Source of the DNA: Lama glama
Lineage: Eukaryota
Length of the DNA stretch: 64,000 nt
NCBI GenBank assembly: GCA_028534125.1
Contig: CM052816.1
Span: forward strand, 76,572,001 to 76,636,000
Direction of reading: 5' to 3'
The notes under the pieces were generated by a model. That model saw only the letters and a program-made list of their open reading frames with translations, was not told the DNA's origin and searched no databases. Positions 1 through 10,980 of this stretch are shown piece after piece; the stretch's first letter is position 1; each line of letters starts with the position of its first letter. The translations under genes were made by a program, and so were the position numbers.

Positions 1-865
1 ATCATATATCTGGTAAGGGGTTAATATCCAAAATATATAAAGTACACCTACTACTCAACAACAACAAAAATAAACAAACCGATTAAAAAATGGACAAGAA
101 GCTGAATAAATATTTTTCCAAAGAAGACATATAAATGGCCAATAGTCACATGAACAGATGTTTAACATCACTAGCTATTAGGGAAGTGCAAATCAAAACC
201 ACAATGAGATATTACTTCATGCCTGTTGAAATGGCTAACATCAAAAGGCAAGAAATAGATAACAAGTGTTAGGACATGGAGAAACACCTCACACACTGTT
301 GGTGGGAATGTAAATTGGTGTAATCATTATGGAAAACATCATGGAGATTCCTCAAAATATTAAAAATAGACTTACCATATGACCCAGCTATTCCAGTCCT
401 GGGTATTTTTTTTGAAGAATACCAAAACACTAATTCAAAAAGATATATGCATTCCTATGTTCACTGAAGCATTAGTTACAATATCCAAGATATGAAAACA
501 ACCCAAATACCCAACAATGGATGAATGGAAAAGAAGATGTGGTATATATATGTACAATGAAATACTACTCAGCCATAAAAAATGAAATCTTGCCACTTGT
601 GACAACATAGATGGACCTTGAGGGTATTATTCTAAGTGAAATAAATCAGTCAGAGAAAGATACATACTGTATGATTTCACTTATATGTGGGTAAATAAAC
701 AAACAAAACAAACCAAACAAAAATAAGCACATAGATACAGAGAGCACAGTAGTGGTTGCCAGAGGGGAAGGGGGTGGGGGAAGGTCTAAATGGATAAAGG
801 GAATTAGTACGGTGATGGATAGAAACTAACCTTTTGGTGGTGAGCACACCACAGCGTATACACAC
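1..865 (+). mobile_element. LINE-1 3' portion (degenerate ORF2 C-terminus plus 3' UTR), running off the window start
   Basis: Typical L1 ORF2-end sequence (caaatcaaaaccacaatgagata, ggtgggaatgtaaattggt, ccatatgacccagctattcca) followed by a 3' UTR (gatacatactgtatgatttcacttatatgtgg ... G-rich tract). No intact ORF. Confidence 0.95.
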
Positions 866-3800
866 AAAAGACCCTTCAAAAGTTACAGGAAGAAAATGGA
901 AGCTACCACGTGGATGTGAGGCAGAGCAATGTGAGCAAGAGAATGCTTAGGAGAAAGAATTGGACAGAATAAGAGAGGAAGAGAAGTTGGCTGGGAAGGA
1001 CAGGGAACTGAGACTTGAAAGGGAGGCAAGGAAGCAACTTGGAAATGAAGTCACGGTTACAAGAGAAGTTCAAGTTCAAGAAACCTTGCAAGGAAAAGCA
1101 AAAGTACAGGAAGAAGGTGCTGTGGAACAGGATCACATAAATGAAGATCTTCAAGAACTTAACGGTGAGTAGGAGAAATTTGCAAGATGCTGAGTTTTCG
1201 CCCACGAGATCAGTGTCCTACCAGCGGCAGGTCTTGGAGGCAAAGGAAGAATTGTTGGAAGCAGAGATGTCAGCAAATGAGATTTGCCAGGACCAGACTG
1301 GAAGCTCTAGATCACCCATCAAGTGTCGTCCAGAAACATGCATCCCAGGCAGAGTTTTCCCTAGTGAGTTTCCAGCACAGTCTCATGAACATCAATACAT
1401 TTCTCTCAGTCTTTCAATATTTTTGACTACAGTGTGCTTGTATGTTCTTTAAAAATAGTAAAGTACAGTGGCCTCTTCAATAGCCTCTTCCATTTTATCT
1501 CCATCTTTGCAGACCCATAAGCAGCCTACATATTATTATTAGGAAGGAGATTCCTTAAAACAAGCAGATCTATTTCCAGGGGAGTTATGAGTTGGCAGGC
1601 AGGAAAAAAAAATGCTTTACTACCTCAGGAAGCTGGTGACCACCGGCCACCCAGCTGTGATCCCAGGATTGATGCACAGGGAAAGAAGCCACCAGATTCC
1701 TGGGCTTGTCTCAGATCTTCAGGCAAAGAAAGTTAGCACCAGAGGGGAACAGTTTGTCTCAGTGACGCAGGCCTCTTCTGGACAACTGTGAACTGTGGCA
1801 GCCCCTCCTGGGGTCACTGAGGTGACAGGCCTGAGCCGCTGGCTGACCTCCTCAAGCACCTGCAGTATCACTGGATTTTGTCCCAGACTCCTCTGGATGT
1901 GCTGGTCTCTTCCCAGTACTAGGGGTTCTCAGCCCCCCTCCCCACCCCCGGCCCCATCCCAGGGCCTTACAAGAAGATCACTTGGCTGCCCACAACCAAC
2001 ACTTGGTCTTTGTTGTGCAGGTGGGCCCGTGCACCCTCCTGCCTAACATTTGTCTCCTCCCTCCCCCACCTCACACTTATACAGACCAAATCCTCAAGGG
2101 CCCAGTGGGGACCTTGGCAGGGAGAAAGGGGTCAAACACACATACTTTGCCTACCATCTTCTCAGAATCCTTGAGAAATCATACAGTACGCTTTTGTTCT
2201 AATTGTTAAGTAGTTTTACTTTGTTTCCACACATTATATGTTCTTTAAGAACAGAAATCTTATCCTTTAGTTCTCTCTTATCTCCCCTCTCTGTTTCATG
2301 GTGTTCGATTTAAATTTGAAATTCAGTAAATATCATCTGCTTCCAGAATCCACTTAGATCCCCTTTACAGGCAATTCCAAGTCATACCTCTAGGTGGGGC
2401 ATGTGATATACTCCTCCTGCCTGAGAAAAGCAGGCCAGGATTCCATCTGAATTTTGATCGCTTCTCAAGTTTGGGATGGATCTGCCTCATGCGAAAGAAG
2501 TGGGTAAAAAAAACTCCCTTAAGCCTTAAGAACGTGTTTTTATGGGTGAGGGAGAGAAAGAGTAACTTCCCTGCCCCACATCTCACAGCATTAGCAAAGT
2601 GAAATGTTTATTTCAGAAAGTGAAAAGAACAGATGTCAGGAAGGAAAAAAAATGTGCTAAGAAAAAAAAAGATTCTTCAGCCAAGAGTTTATCATCTGGG
2701 GTTTTGATTTAAAATTCCACTCAGATGCTATTTGTTAAATGCCACTTAAAAAAAAAAAAAGAGTCCTGCCCCATTCCACCTCCACGACTGGCTGGAAAAC
2801 ATACTTTGGATGCTTCATTGACCTTGTCTGTCCATCTTGTTCCACTGAAATGAACAGGTTATTTTCTTTAAAGGTAAATGCCTGAAACTCTTTTTTTTTT
2901 TATAGATGCTAATAGATTAGATGAAACTGCTCTCTGTGACCACTACTCAAGGGTTAAAGATCAAAGTTCACACTAGCTTTGTTAAAGTATAACTGGGTGC
3001 CTCGCTCAGGGCGGCGTGACGCTGATTCACCCCTAATGCTGCCCTTGGAGGCAGGCAGAATGATGAATCCAGGGGGAATCCTTAATCAACTTTAAAAATT
3101 GCCTTCCTCCAACACTGATGAGAAACCCAGAGAACTTTAAATGCATCTTTCATTTTGGAGAAAAAAGATATAGTGACTCTGGTTAATGAAAGTATGATTC
3201 AGGTTAGCTAACCAGATAAATGGCACTGAATTTTGCAAAAGAAGTAACTCATGAGACACACACTGGGCTATAGGCGGGAGTGCTTCCTGCCCCGTGTGCT
3301 TCTGCTTAACCAGGCTTCTCCAGCACAAGCGTCGGCCATGGACCTTTCCACAGGGGTCTGCGCCCGAGACTTACCCAGAACGTAAAAGCACATACACTGA
3401 TAATGACCCTAGTTAGGAAACTGCAACAGTGTGACCAGTTTCAGTGAGCTTTTTGGGCTGGCTGGACTGGGAAGAGGTGAGCTCCCACTGTCTGGTTAAT
3501 TGCCCATTGACGTGCCTTTTTTAGGAGGAAGTGAAGGAGAGACTGGTGGGTAATGTTTGAGATCCTTAGATTATAGGAGGAAGGTTAGAGCCTGCCAGAA
3601 CCATTTCATTACTTCCTTCCCAACTAGACTCTTGTAACAGGGCTAGAAGCAGCTAGACCTACTCAAAAGAGACTTAAAAAGGCAAAACTTTAAAGGCTCA
3701 GGTGACAAAATATGTCATGGAGTTTGGAGAAGGCTGAATTTGGGGCTATCTATGCCCTGGAGTCAGCAGTACTGCATGCTAACAGTTTGATTGGCACCTT

Positions 3801-4114
3801 TGGGAGAATGTGGCAAGATAGGAGTGTCTTCCTAGGTGATTGCAAGGCTGGTGCTCTTATCCTGAGTCAGCTTCATAAAACAGTTAATGTACACAAGCAA
3901 GAGAGGAAAACAGAACAGATGCCATACAGGGGCCTGAAAATGGCCTAATGATGCTCTAGCATTTGTCCAATTCCTAACAGCGAGCATCCTTCTTCCCTAA
4001 GTTAGTGGAAAAACTAATATACTTTTTCTTGAGAACTTACCTGCAACAATCACTTAGCAAGGACTATCTCAACTCTTCTTCACAGAAATCCCATGGTGTG
4101 TTAATATTGCCAAC

Positions 4115-4235
4115 AACATTTGATAGGTGAAGAAACTGAGGCCCAGGGAGGATAAATAGCCAAGGTCTCACAGCTAATAAGAGGAAGAATTAAGTTTAAA
4201 CCTGAGCATTTTGATACCAAAGCCCATGGCTGTAG
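4115..4235 (-). mobile_element. MIR SINE fragment
   Basis: gaagaaactgaggcccagggagg...ccaaggtctcacagctaataag is the reverse complement of the MIR core. Confidence 0.8.
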
Positions 4236-4344
4236 ACACTGTAACTGACTATTTTTCAAAAGCAGAAATCCCCCATTTATGTAAATGGGTGCTGGATGGA
4301 AGTATTATCTTTACTATCTCAGATGGAAAAAAAAAAGCACATAT

Positions 4345-4548
4345 GGGGGAAGGGTATAGCTCAAGTGGTAGAGCACATGCTTAGCATGCACAAGGTCCTG
4401 GGTTCAATCCCCATTACCTCCTTTAAAATAAATCAGTCAACACAATTATCTCCTCCTCCAAAAAAAATTTTTTTAATAAAAATAAAAATCACCACCATAA
4501 ATTTCTAGGTAAACTACATTAAAAAAAAGAAGAAGAAAAGAAAAAAAA
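4345..4548 (+). mobile_element. Vic-1 (camelid tRNA-Ala-derived) SINE with extended 3' tail
   Basis: gggggaagggtatagctcaagtggtagagcacatgcttagcatgcacaaggtcctgggttcaatcccc has A and B boxes and is followed by A-rich tails. Confidence 0.9.
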
Positions 4549-4569
4549 TTACGTGTGACAGAAGCAAAG

Positions 4570-4940
4570 GTGTAAATAGCACAGGGAACAAAGTGATTAA
4601 GTCTGGGTTTATGTACCTCATTAAGGAGATCCCTGCAGGAGATGAAGAAAATGAATGAGATGTTGTCAGGCAAATAGGACTGGAAAGGGGAGTGCAGGCA
4701 GAAGGGAAACGCATGCAGTTGCTGGACAGCACTGCACAGTGTGACGTGCTGGTGTAACCGGAAGCAGATTGATTTAGCTGGAGTGTAAGTCACAGGTGAG
4801 GAAACGAGGCTGGCCAGGTAAACCAGAGTCAGATCTGGTCCGATGGGGACATTGGGAGATACATTCTCCCTGGTGTGGCGGGAAGAAGCTTTTATCCCAT
4901 GGGCAATGTCAAGTCACTCTAAGATTCTAGGCATTGGATG
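4570..4940 (-). mobile_element. L2 LINE fragment
   Basis: Purine-rich L2 antisense signature (gcaggcagaagggaaacgcatgc, gatttagctggagtg, aggtaaaccagagtcagatc). Edges approximate. Confidence 0.6.
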
Positions 4941-5429
4941 TATATGTGTGAGGAGGACACTGACATAGCAAGGGTAAGAAATCGAAAATGGATAACTACT
5001 ATATTATTTTCCACAGTAGGGTCACTTCAGTTCATTTTGACACTCAACAGTAGCCATTTCAGAGGAACTCATGCAGCCAGGGGGCATTAAATGGACTCAA
5101 GTTCCCTCTAAAAGCCTCACACATTTCCCTGCAAGGTACTCAGCATAGAAATGGAGGTTTTGTCCCTACTCTCCTACAGCTTTGATCCTTCCTCCACCTG
5201 ATTTCCAGGAATTTAGAACATCGCTGTTGTCTCTTGTTTCAGACTGCTTGTCTGTGGTGCATCAAGATACATTTCTCAGTATTTACAAGTGCACTTCGAG
5301 ATTTCAATAGAGAGTTGACTTTCCTGGTGCGAGTAAGTTGACAATCTTGGAAACCCTCACACTGATTCTGAATAGGGAGCTGAAGTCTCTTCACCACTAG
5401 CAGGTCAATTTTCTGTTTCACACTAACAA

Positions 5430-5535
5430 ACATATATATTATATATATATTACATATATAATACACATATACAAATACAGTTATGTGCATATAGATGTAT
5501 ATGTATCTGTGTATACATGTATATACACATATATC
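5430..5535. repeat. Low-complexity (TA)/(CA)/(TG) microsatellite-like tract
   Basis: catatatattatatatatattacatatataatacacatat...gtatacatgtatatacacatatat is directly visible. Confidence 0.85.
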
Positions 5536-5839
5536 TTAATTTTATTTTTAAACTTTATTGCAAATTAAAGGAAACTATTATCCTAACATTTTGGGGTTTT
5601 TTAACTTACAGGTTAGCAGTACATAATTAATAGAGTTGTTATAAGACTTAAATGACATGGCATACGATGAACCTCACACAGCCTGACCCAGAGCAGATAC
5701 TTGCTCACAACTCCACCCTCCTCAGCCCTAACTGATTAAAATTGGAAGTAGGGAACTCCATGCTGTATTCTTCTGGGCAATGTCAAGCAAAGGATTGAAG
5801 TCTATCTGTGAAAAGGAATTTTTTTGTCCTTTGTAATGA

Positions 5840-6180
5840 GGGAGTTCAGAGATGGCTGGATCCAGGGCCTCAATCAAATGAGGTCTGTTAAAGCCCCTCC
5901 TCCCCTCCCCCTCTTCTTGCCTCCCCTCCTCTTCCTTCCTCAAGGTTGCCTTGATGCGCAGGAGTCTTACTCCCAGAAGTGACAAGGCAGCTCTAAACTT
6001 CACCTTTACTAACTGAGCAGTCTCCAAAGGGACTTCTTTCCAAAGCTTCCTCGAGAATGTCCCAAAAGGCTGGTGTGACCCAAAAGCCATGGAAATCCTG
6101 AGAATCACTAGAAAATAATCATCACAACGTCTTGTGTCAGATGGGTGCACTGTGACTAGAATACTGCATGGAATTCTGGT
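5840..6180 (-). mobile_element. Old MLT1 (MaLR) LTR remnant
   Basis: gatggctggatccagggcctcaatcaaatgaggtc and downstream segments resemble old MLT1J/K-type LTRs. Subfamily uncertain. Confidence 0.5.
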
Positions 6181-6354
6181 CAACTCCAAGGAAAAGAAAT
6201 AAGCTGACAAATGTTCCAACGAAGGCAGTTGTTCTGAACAAAGCTGTGCAAAGGACTCCATATTGGGTCACAAAATATAGATTCGATTCTAGCCTAGAAA
6301 ATTGAGAGCCTCAAGCTTGCACATAGCAAGTCTTTCTATAGGAGAATAAATTAG

Positions 6355-6620
6355 AAAATCCAATGACCAGCGCCCTTATAAGAAAAGAAAGACACAGAGA
6401 CACACAGGAGGAAGGAACTCACGTGAGGGCAGAGGCAAAAATTGGAGTGATGCAGCGACAAGCCAAGGAAGTCCAGGAATTGCTGGCAGCCACCAGGAGC
6501 TGGGGAGAGGCAGGGACAGATCCTCCCTCAGCACCTCCAGAACCATGAGAAAAAAATTCCCTTGTTTAGACATTCAGTTTGCGTTGATTTGTTTTGGCAG
6601 CTGTCAGAAGCATATATAGA
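6355..6620 (+). mobile_element. MLT1B/C-type MaLR LTR, 3' half
   Basis: aatccaatgaccagcgcccttataagaaaaga...gaggcaaaaattggagtgatgcagcgacaagccaagga...cagccaccaggagctggggagagg. Clearly homologous to the LTR at 59281. Confidence 0.85.
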
Positions 6621-6834
6621 TGACAATATGTTGCAATGAAATGGAAATTAAAATTCTGCCAGAAGATCTTAGTTTCATTCGGTCTGCCTTTTCACAACCC
6701 ATGGAGAAGCCAGTTATCGGGCTGACAGCTTCCTTTGTCTTATCTGTAAAACAGGAATAACAATACTTCTTCTGTTAACTTGGCGGTTATAAGAAAACTA
6801 AATCAAATCTTTTTTAAGCTACACTGGATATTCC

Positions 6835-7112
6835 ATAGGGTGTTTAGTTGAACTTGAGGGTCTATAAAGATGGATTCTATGGTGAAGTAAGTTTAGAAAA
6901 TCCTACATTATGACTTTTCTCCAGAAGACTCACAACACAGGTTATTATATAAAAGAAAAAGAAGACTTGTAATTTGGAATCTATTTAGTCTTATTTAACC
7001 CAATTTTTTTTCCAAATTTCTTTGACCATGAACTATATCCTTTGAGAGACTCTTATTGATATTTTGTAGATGTTCGCATTGCTTTGAGCACAGTTTTGGG
7101 AAACACTACACT
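6835..7112. mobile_element. hAT-Charlie-type DNA transposon remnant
   Basis: Ends in gagcacagttttgggaaacact and contains tttccaaatttctttgaccatgaac, both typical of ancient Charlie MITEs. Family not assigned. Confidence 0.45.
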
Positions 7113-7699
7113 ATGCTATTGTAAGACACTCTGTCTTTGGGGGATACACACTTAGGAGTGATTCATGTAGGATAAAATTAGAAACACTTGGGAAATCTGC
7201 GGAAAGCATCCACACATCCTCGAGGCAGCTTCCCTGCTTTTGCATCTTGCCCTTGTGTCTTCTGTTGGGTGGAACTGGAAGAGCTGTGCGAATGGAGTAA
7301 CAGTTTGATAAAATGCATACTCCACCCCCAAGTCCAGGAGCAACAGAAGTTCCTCTGTCTCCAGAAGGACGGCAGGAAAACAAACATCATATTCTGGGCC
7401 CCGTGACAGACAATTTCACATGAGTCATCTCGTTTCATTGAAATCTTTGTGGTATTAACGCTTGTACCCTAAAACTTACACGTGAAGATGTTTAGTTATA
7501 AACATATATTTCCTTTAACACCAAAACCAACTTAAAATTACATTATTTATTAGCACTTTTATTGGCAATAGAACATAAAATAGGCCTTTAACAGTTTAGT
7601 CCCAAATCTCAGATCATGTATAGTTAGTATTAGAAAAACCCTTTTAGGACTTTCATCTCATTGAACCATCAACTATCCCAACAACTCTGAGCTATGAGC

Positions 7700-9002
7700 T
7701 AATTCATTCACTGTCATCACTGTGGGAGTAAAGCAGTGACTGTAAGAGACACAGTCCTGACTTCCTGGAGCTTGTATCCCAGAGGAAGGAGACTCAGCAC
7801 AAAGAAAGAAATGAGTGTAAATATATGTCAGGTGAACATAGCACCATGGAGAAAGATTCAGCAGGGAAGTAGAATTGAGAGCAAGGTGAGTGTGTCATTT
7901 TATTTTATACACGTGGTCAGAGAAGGCCTCACTGAGGAAGAGACTTTGAGCAGAATCTGTGGGAAGTGCAGGACTAGTCAGGATACCTAGGGAGAGAGAA
8001 GAGGGTACCAGGCAGAGGAGACAGCAAGTGCAAGCAGCCTGCCCGCCATGGGAGAATGCTAGTGTATTCATGGAGCAGCGAGGAAGCCCATTGTAGCTGG
8101 AACAGAGTCATTCGAGGGTAGAGAAATAAGAGAGGAGGTCAGCCAATGGAAAGTGGGATGAGGACACAGTAAAGACCTCACAGCCCATGACAGTTAGACT
8201 TTGACTTGGAATGAATTGAGAAGCAATTTAGGGTTTTGAGCAGAGAAGTGGTGTGATATGACTCACATTTACCAACATCATCTACGTGGTGATTATGACT
8301 CTGGTGTGGGAGAGAAGACTGTGGGAGCAGGAAGATCAGTTAGAGACTGTTAGTCCAAATTACTCTACTTGAGAGATGATGGGGGCTCAGACCAGGCTAT
8401 TGTTGTACAGGTGTTGAGAAGAGTGAATGTGTTTTGGAGGCAGAGCTGACAGGATTGGCTGATGGCTAGCGTGTGAGGTATGAGAGAAAGAGAGGAGTCA
8501 AGGAAAAATGTGGAGTTTAAACCTAAGCATCTAGAGTGGTGGAGGGTATAGCTCAGGGGCAGAGCGCATGCTTAGTATGCACAGCATCCTGGGTTCAGTT
8601 CCCAGTACCTCCATTAAAAACAAACAAACAAAAAGCCACCTAAGCATCTAGAGAGATGTAGGTCCATTAGATGAGATGAAATGACTAGGTAGGGGCAGGA
8701 ATTTTTTCCTTTTTTTTTTGTTGGGGGTTTGGGGGTTGGTGTGGTGAGCCAGTGGAGATGGAAGAATCAAAAGTGTGGTTGGGGACAAATTTTATTTCAT
8801 ATACCTTTTAATATTCAAGTGGAGATGCTAAGTAAGCAGTTGGATATACTAATGTGGTGATTAGGATGCAATCCGGGCTTTGAGTCATCTGCTTATAAAT
8901 GAAACTTCAATCCATGAGATGAGATGAGATCACTCAAGAATTGAGACTGGACAAAGAAGAGTAAAGGGCAGGGGACTGAAACTTGGGGTACCTCAATGTT
9001 TG
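7700..9002 (-). mobile_element. L2 LINE (long fragment) interrupted by a Vic-1 SINE
   Basis: acagtcctgacttcctggagcttg, gtggtcagagaaggcctcactgaggaagagactttgagcaga, gggttttgagcagagaagtggtgtgatatgactcacattt, caagtggagatgctaagtaagcagttggata. Confidence 0.9.
8537..8637 (+). mobile_element. Vic-1 SINE with 16-bp target-site duplication
   Basis: tRNA-like body ggagggtatagctcaggggcagagcgcatgcttag...gggttcagttcccagtacctcc. Perfect TSD acctaagcatctagag at 8521-8536 and 8638-8653. Confidence 0.95.
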
Positions 9003-9016
9003 GAAGATCATTTTTA

Positions 9017-9359
9017 AAATTTATTATTTATTTTTTATTGAAGTAACATTGTATAACTTAAAACGCAAGTTTCACGTGGACATTGTTGTTCTACCATTAT
9101 ACACCTTATAGCGTTCTCACCACCAAAAATTTTAGTTTCCATCCATCACCATACAGAGGATCCCATTACCTATTTCCCCTTCCCCATCTGGTAACCACTA
9201 ATCTGTTCTCTGTATCTATGTGTTTGTTTTGTTGGATTTGTTCTTTTATTTGTTTTTGTTTTTTATATTTACATATAACTGAAATCATAAGGTCTTTGTC
9301 TGAGAACATCTGACTTACCTCTCTTAGCATAATGCCCTCAAGGTCCATCCTTGAAAATA
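9017..9359 (-). mobile_element. 5'-truncated LINE-1 (3' UTR only) with 14-bp TSD
   Basis: T-rich tail followed by the reverse complement of the same 3' UTR seen at about 610-865. TSD gaagatcattttta at 9003-9016 and 9360-9373. Confidence 0.92.
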
Positions 9360-9769
9360 GAAGATCATTTTTATACATGAGGCTCAAAGAGATATGGTAC
9401 CTTGGCTTGGGTGGCATGGCTGGAAAGTGAGCAAGCCACCGTACTTTATCAAAGGCAGTGAAGTTCCTCATCATTTGGCACATTTATTCTCCTGTCATGG
9501 AAAAGACAAGTTAGCAGGGAATCTGGAAATGCTGTTCCTGCCTCCTGAGGAGGAGGTAAAAATGAAAGGATGCTAATGAACCCTGGTGAACTAGCAAGAA
9601 CTGATATTTTAGTCATACTGATTTCACTAGGCATATAAAGCCAGATAGTCTTTTGACTTCTTGGGGTACAGAAGAAAAGCTATAGATTCAAGATCATAAA
9701 CATTATGTACCATATTCTGCACTATATGCAGTCATGGACTGAGTGCTACTCCAACAGGCATTTTGCTAA

Positions 9770-10110
9770 TCATTTCTATGCTGGATACTTTCCATGCTCT
9801 CTGTATCCACTCTCCATCCTGGTCACCATCTCTGCTCTGTGCCCGGAGACACTGATCAACGTGGACCACATCAAGTGACTCCCTTATTCTCTGTTCTACA
9901 CAACCATCCTTCCAGATTGCAGTCCTTATCTTCTCCACTTCTCTCCACTCCCTTAGGCCTCTACTGCTCACCTGCAGACACGGTACTCAACATTGTGCTG
10001 CCTCCCCTACATCCTACCCACAACTTCATAAATTGCCCCTTTCTTAAGTTCTCTTCAAATTACCCCTATTTGAGTGTCTTACCTTTTCCTTTGGGAAACT
10101 TGAGTAACAT
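9770..10110 (+). mobile_element. ERVL LTR remnant (LTR16/LTR33-like)
   Basis: The 3' end ttctcttcaaattacccctatttgagtgtcttaccttttcctttgggaaacttgagtaaca resembles ERVL LTR termini. Confidence 0.6.
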
Positions 10111-10139
10111 AGCTGTAGAATGTTGTCTCCTTAGCTGTC

Positions 10140-10283
10140 CCTCCTTCACCACATCACTATGATGTAGGTATAATCCCCATTTTACAAATGAGAAAAGAGG
10201 GCATTTGCCTGAGTTCACACAAAAAGGGGTGGAGTCTGGATTTGAGCCCAAGTTTGTCTGACTCCAACGCCATGCTCTCAAAC
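10140..10283 (-). mobile_element. MIR SINE
   Basis: atccccattttacaaatgagaaaa...ggatttgagcccaagtttgtctgactccaacgccatgctctcaaaca. Confidence 0.85.
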
Positions 10284-10928
10284 ATTTCGGTATATTGCAA
10301 CCAGAAAGCAATTCCGATCAACAGTAACTGTACAACCTTAAGCAGTTACGTAGTTATAAATAAATCAACCCACAATGTCTTAAAAAGTAAAAAAAAAAAA
10401 TCACTCATTATATGCCAGCATTTCATAAGCATGAGCTCATTTGGTGCTTACTTTAACCCCATCATTATCACCATCTCAGAGATAAGGAAAGTGAAGCTCA
10501 TCCTCTAAATATTCCTAAAGGAAAGAGCTTTCACAGAAAAGCCTCAGTGAGCAATCTGACTTTTATTAAAGACACAAGGGTAACACACAGGGAGAGGAAT
10601 GTCCATATACTCCGTTGCAAACAAATTAATAACTTCCTAGTACTGTTTTTCTTCAAAGCTCCTTCTGGTCTGCCATCTGTGAGCCTCTAGCTTTTCTTCC
10701 TCCCCTGATCCTGAGCTCTACTCTGACCATCTCATTCTCTTCTCTCCCAGGTGCCCTCCCTGCCCCAACATTTTCTGTACTTTTCCCATTTGCACAAATA
10801 TCACTGTTCTATTCCAAATATATACCCCAAAGTGCACACTTCAACCCATCCTGGTTTGGATTGTGGGTGAGCCTTCTCTTTAGCATAATCTAACTTCTTA
10901 AGAGAGTAGTTAGAATTGTCAATCATGT

Positions 10929-10980
10929 ATTATCTATCTATCTATCTACCTATCTATCTATCTATCATTCTCTATCTAGG
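10929..10980. repeat. (TCTA)n tetranucleotide microsatellite
   Basis: tatctatctatctatctacctatctatctatctatc. Confidence 0.9.

Noticed and set aside
960..1172. Charged, coiled-coil-looking 70-aa ORF ending at an ACG|GTGAGT donor-like site
   Set aside because: Purine-rich sequence resembling antisense L2 (gtggaacaggatcac...tcaagaact), which naturally gives E/K/Q-rich peptides. It has a non-ATG start, no upstream acceptor and no recognisable homology.
4345..4420. Possible tRNA-Ala gene (also at 8537, 13976, 33496, 42183, 58375)
   Set aside because: A-rich tails, target-site duplications and imperfect acceptor stems show these are Vic-1 SINEs, not tRNA genes.
5728..6261. 177-aa minus-strand ORF
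   Set aside because: Overlaps an old MLT1 LTR remnant and a low-complexity tract. No domain recognised.
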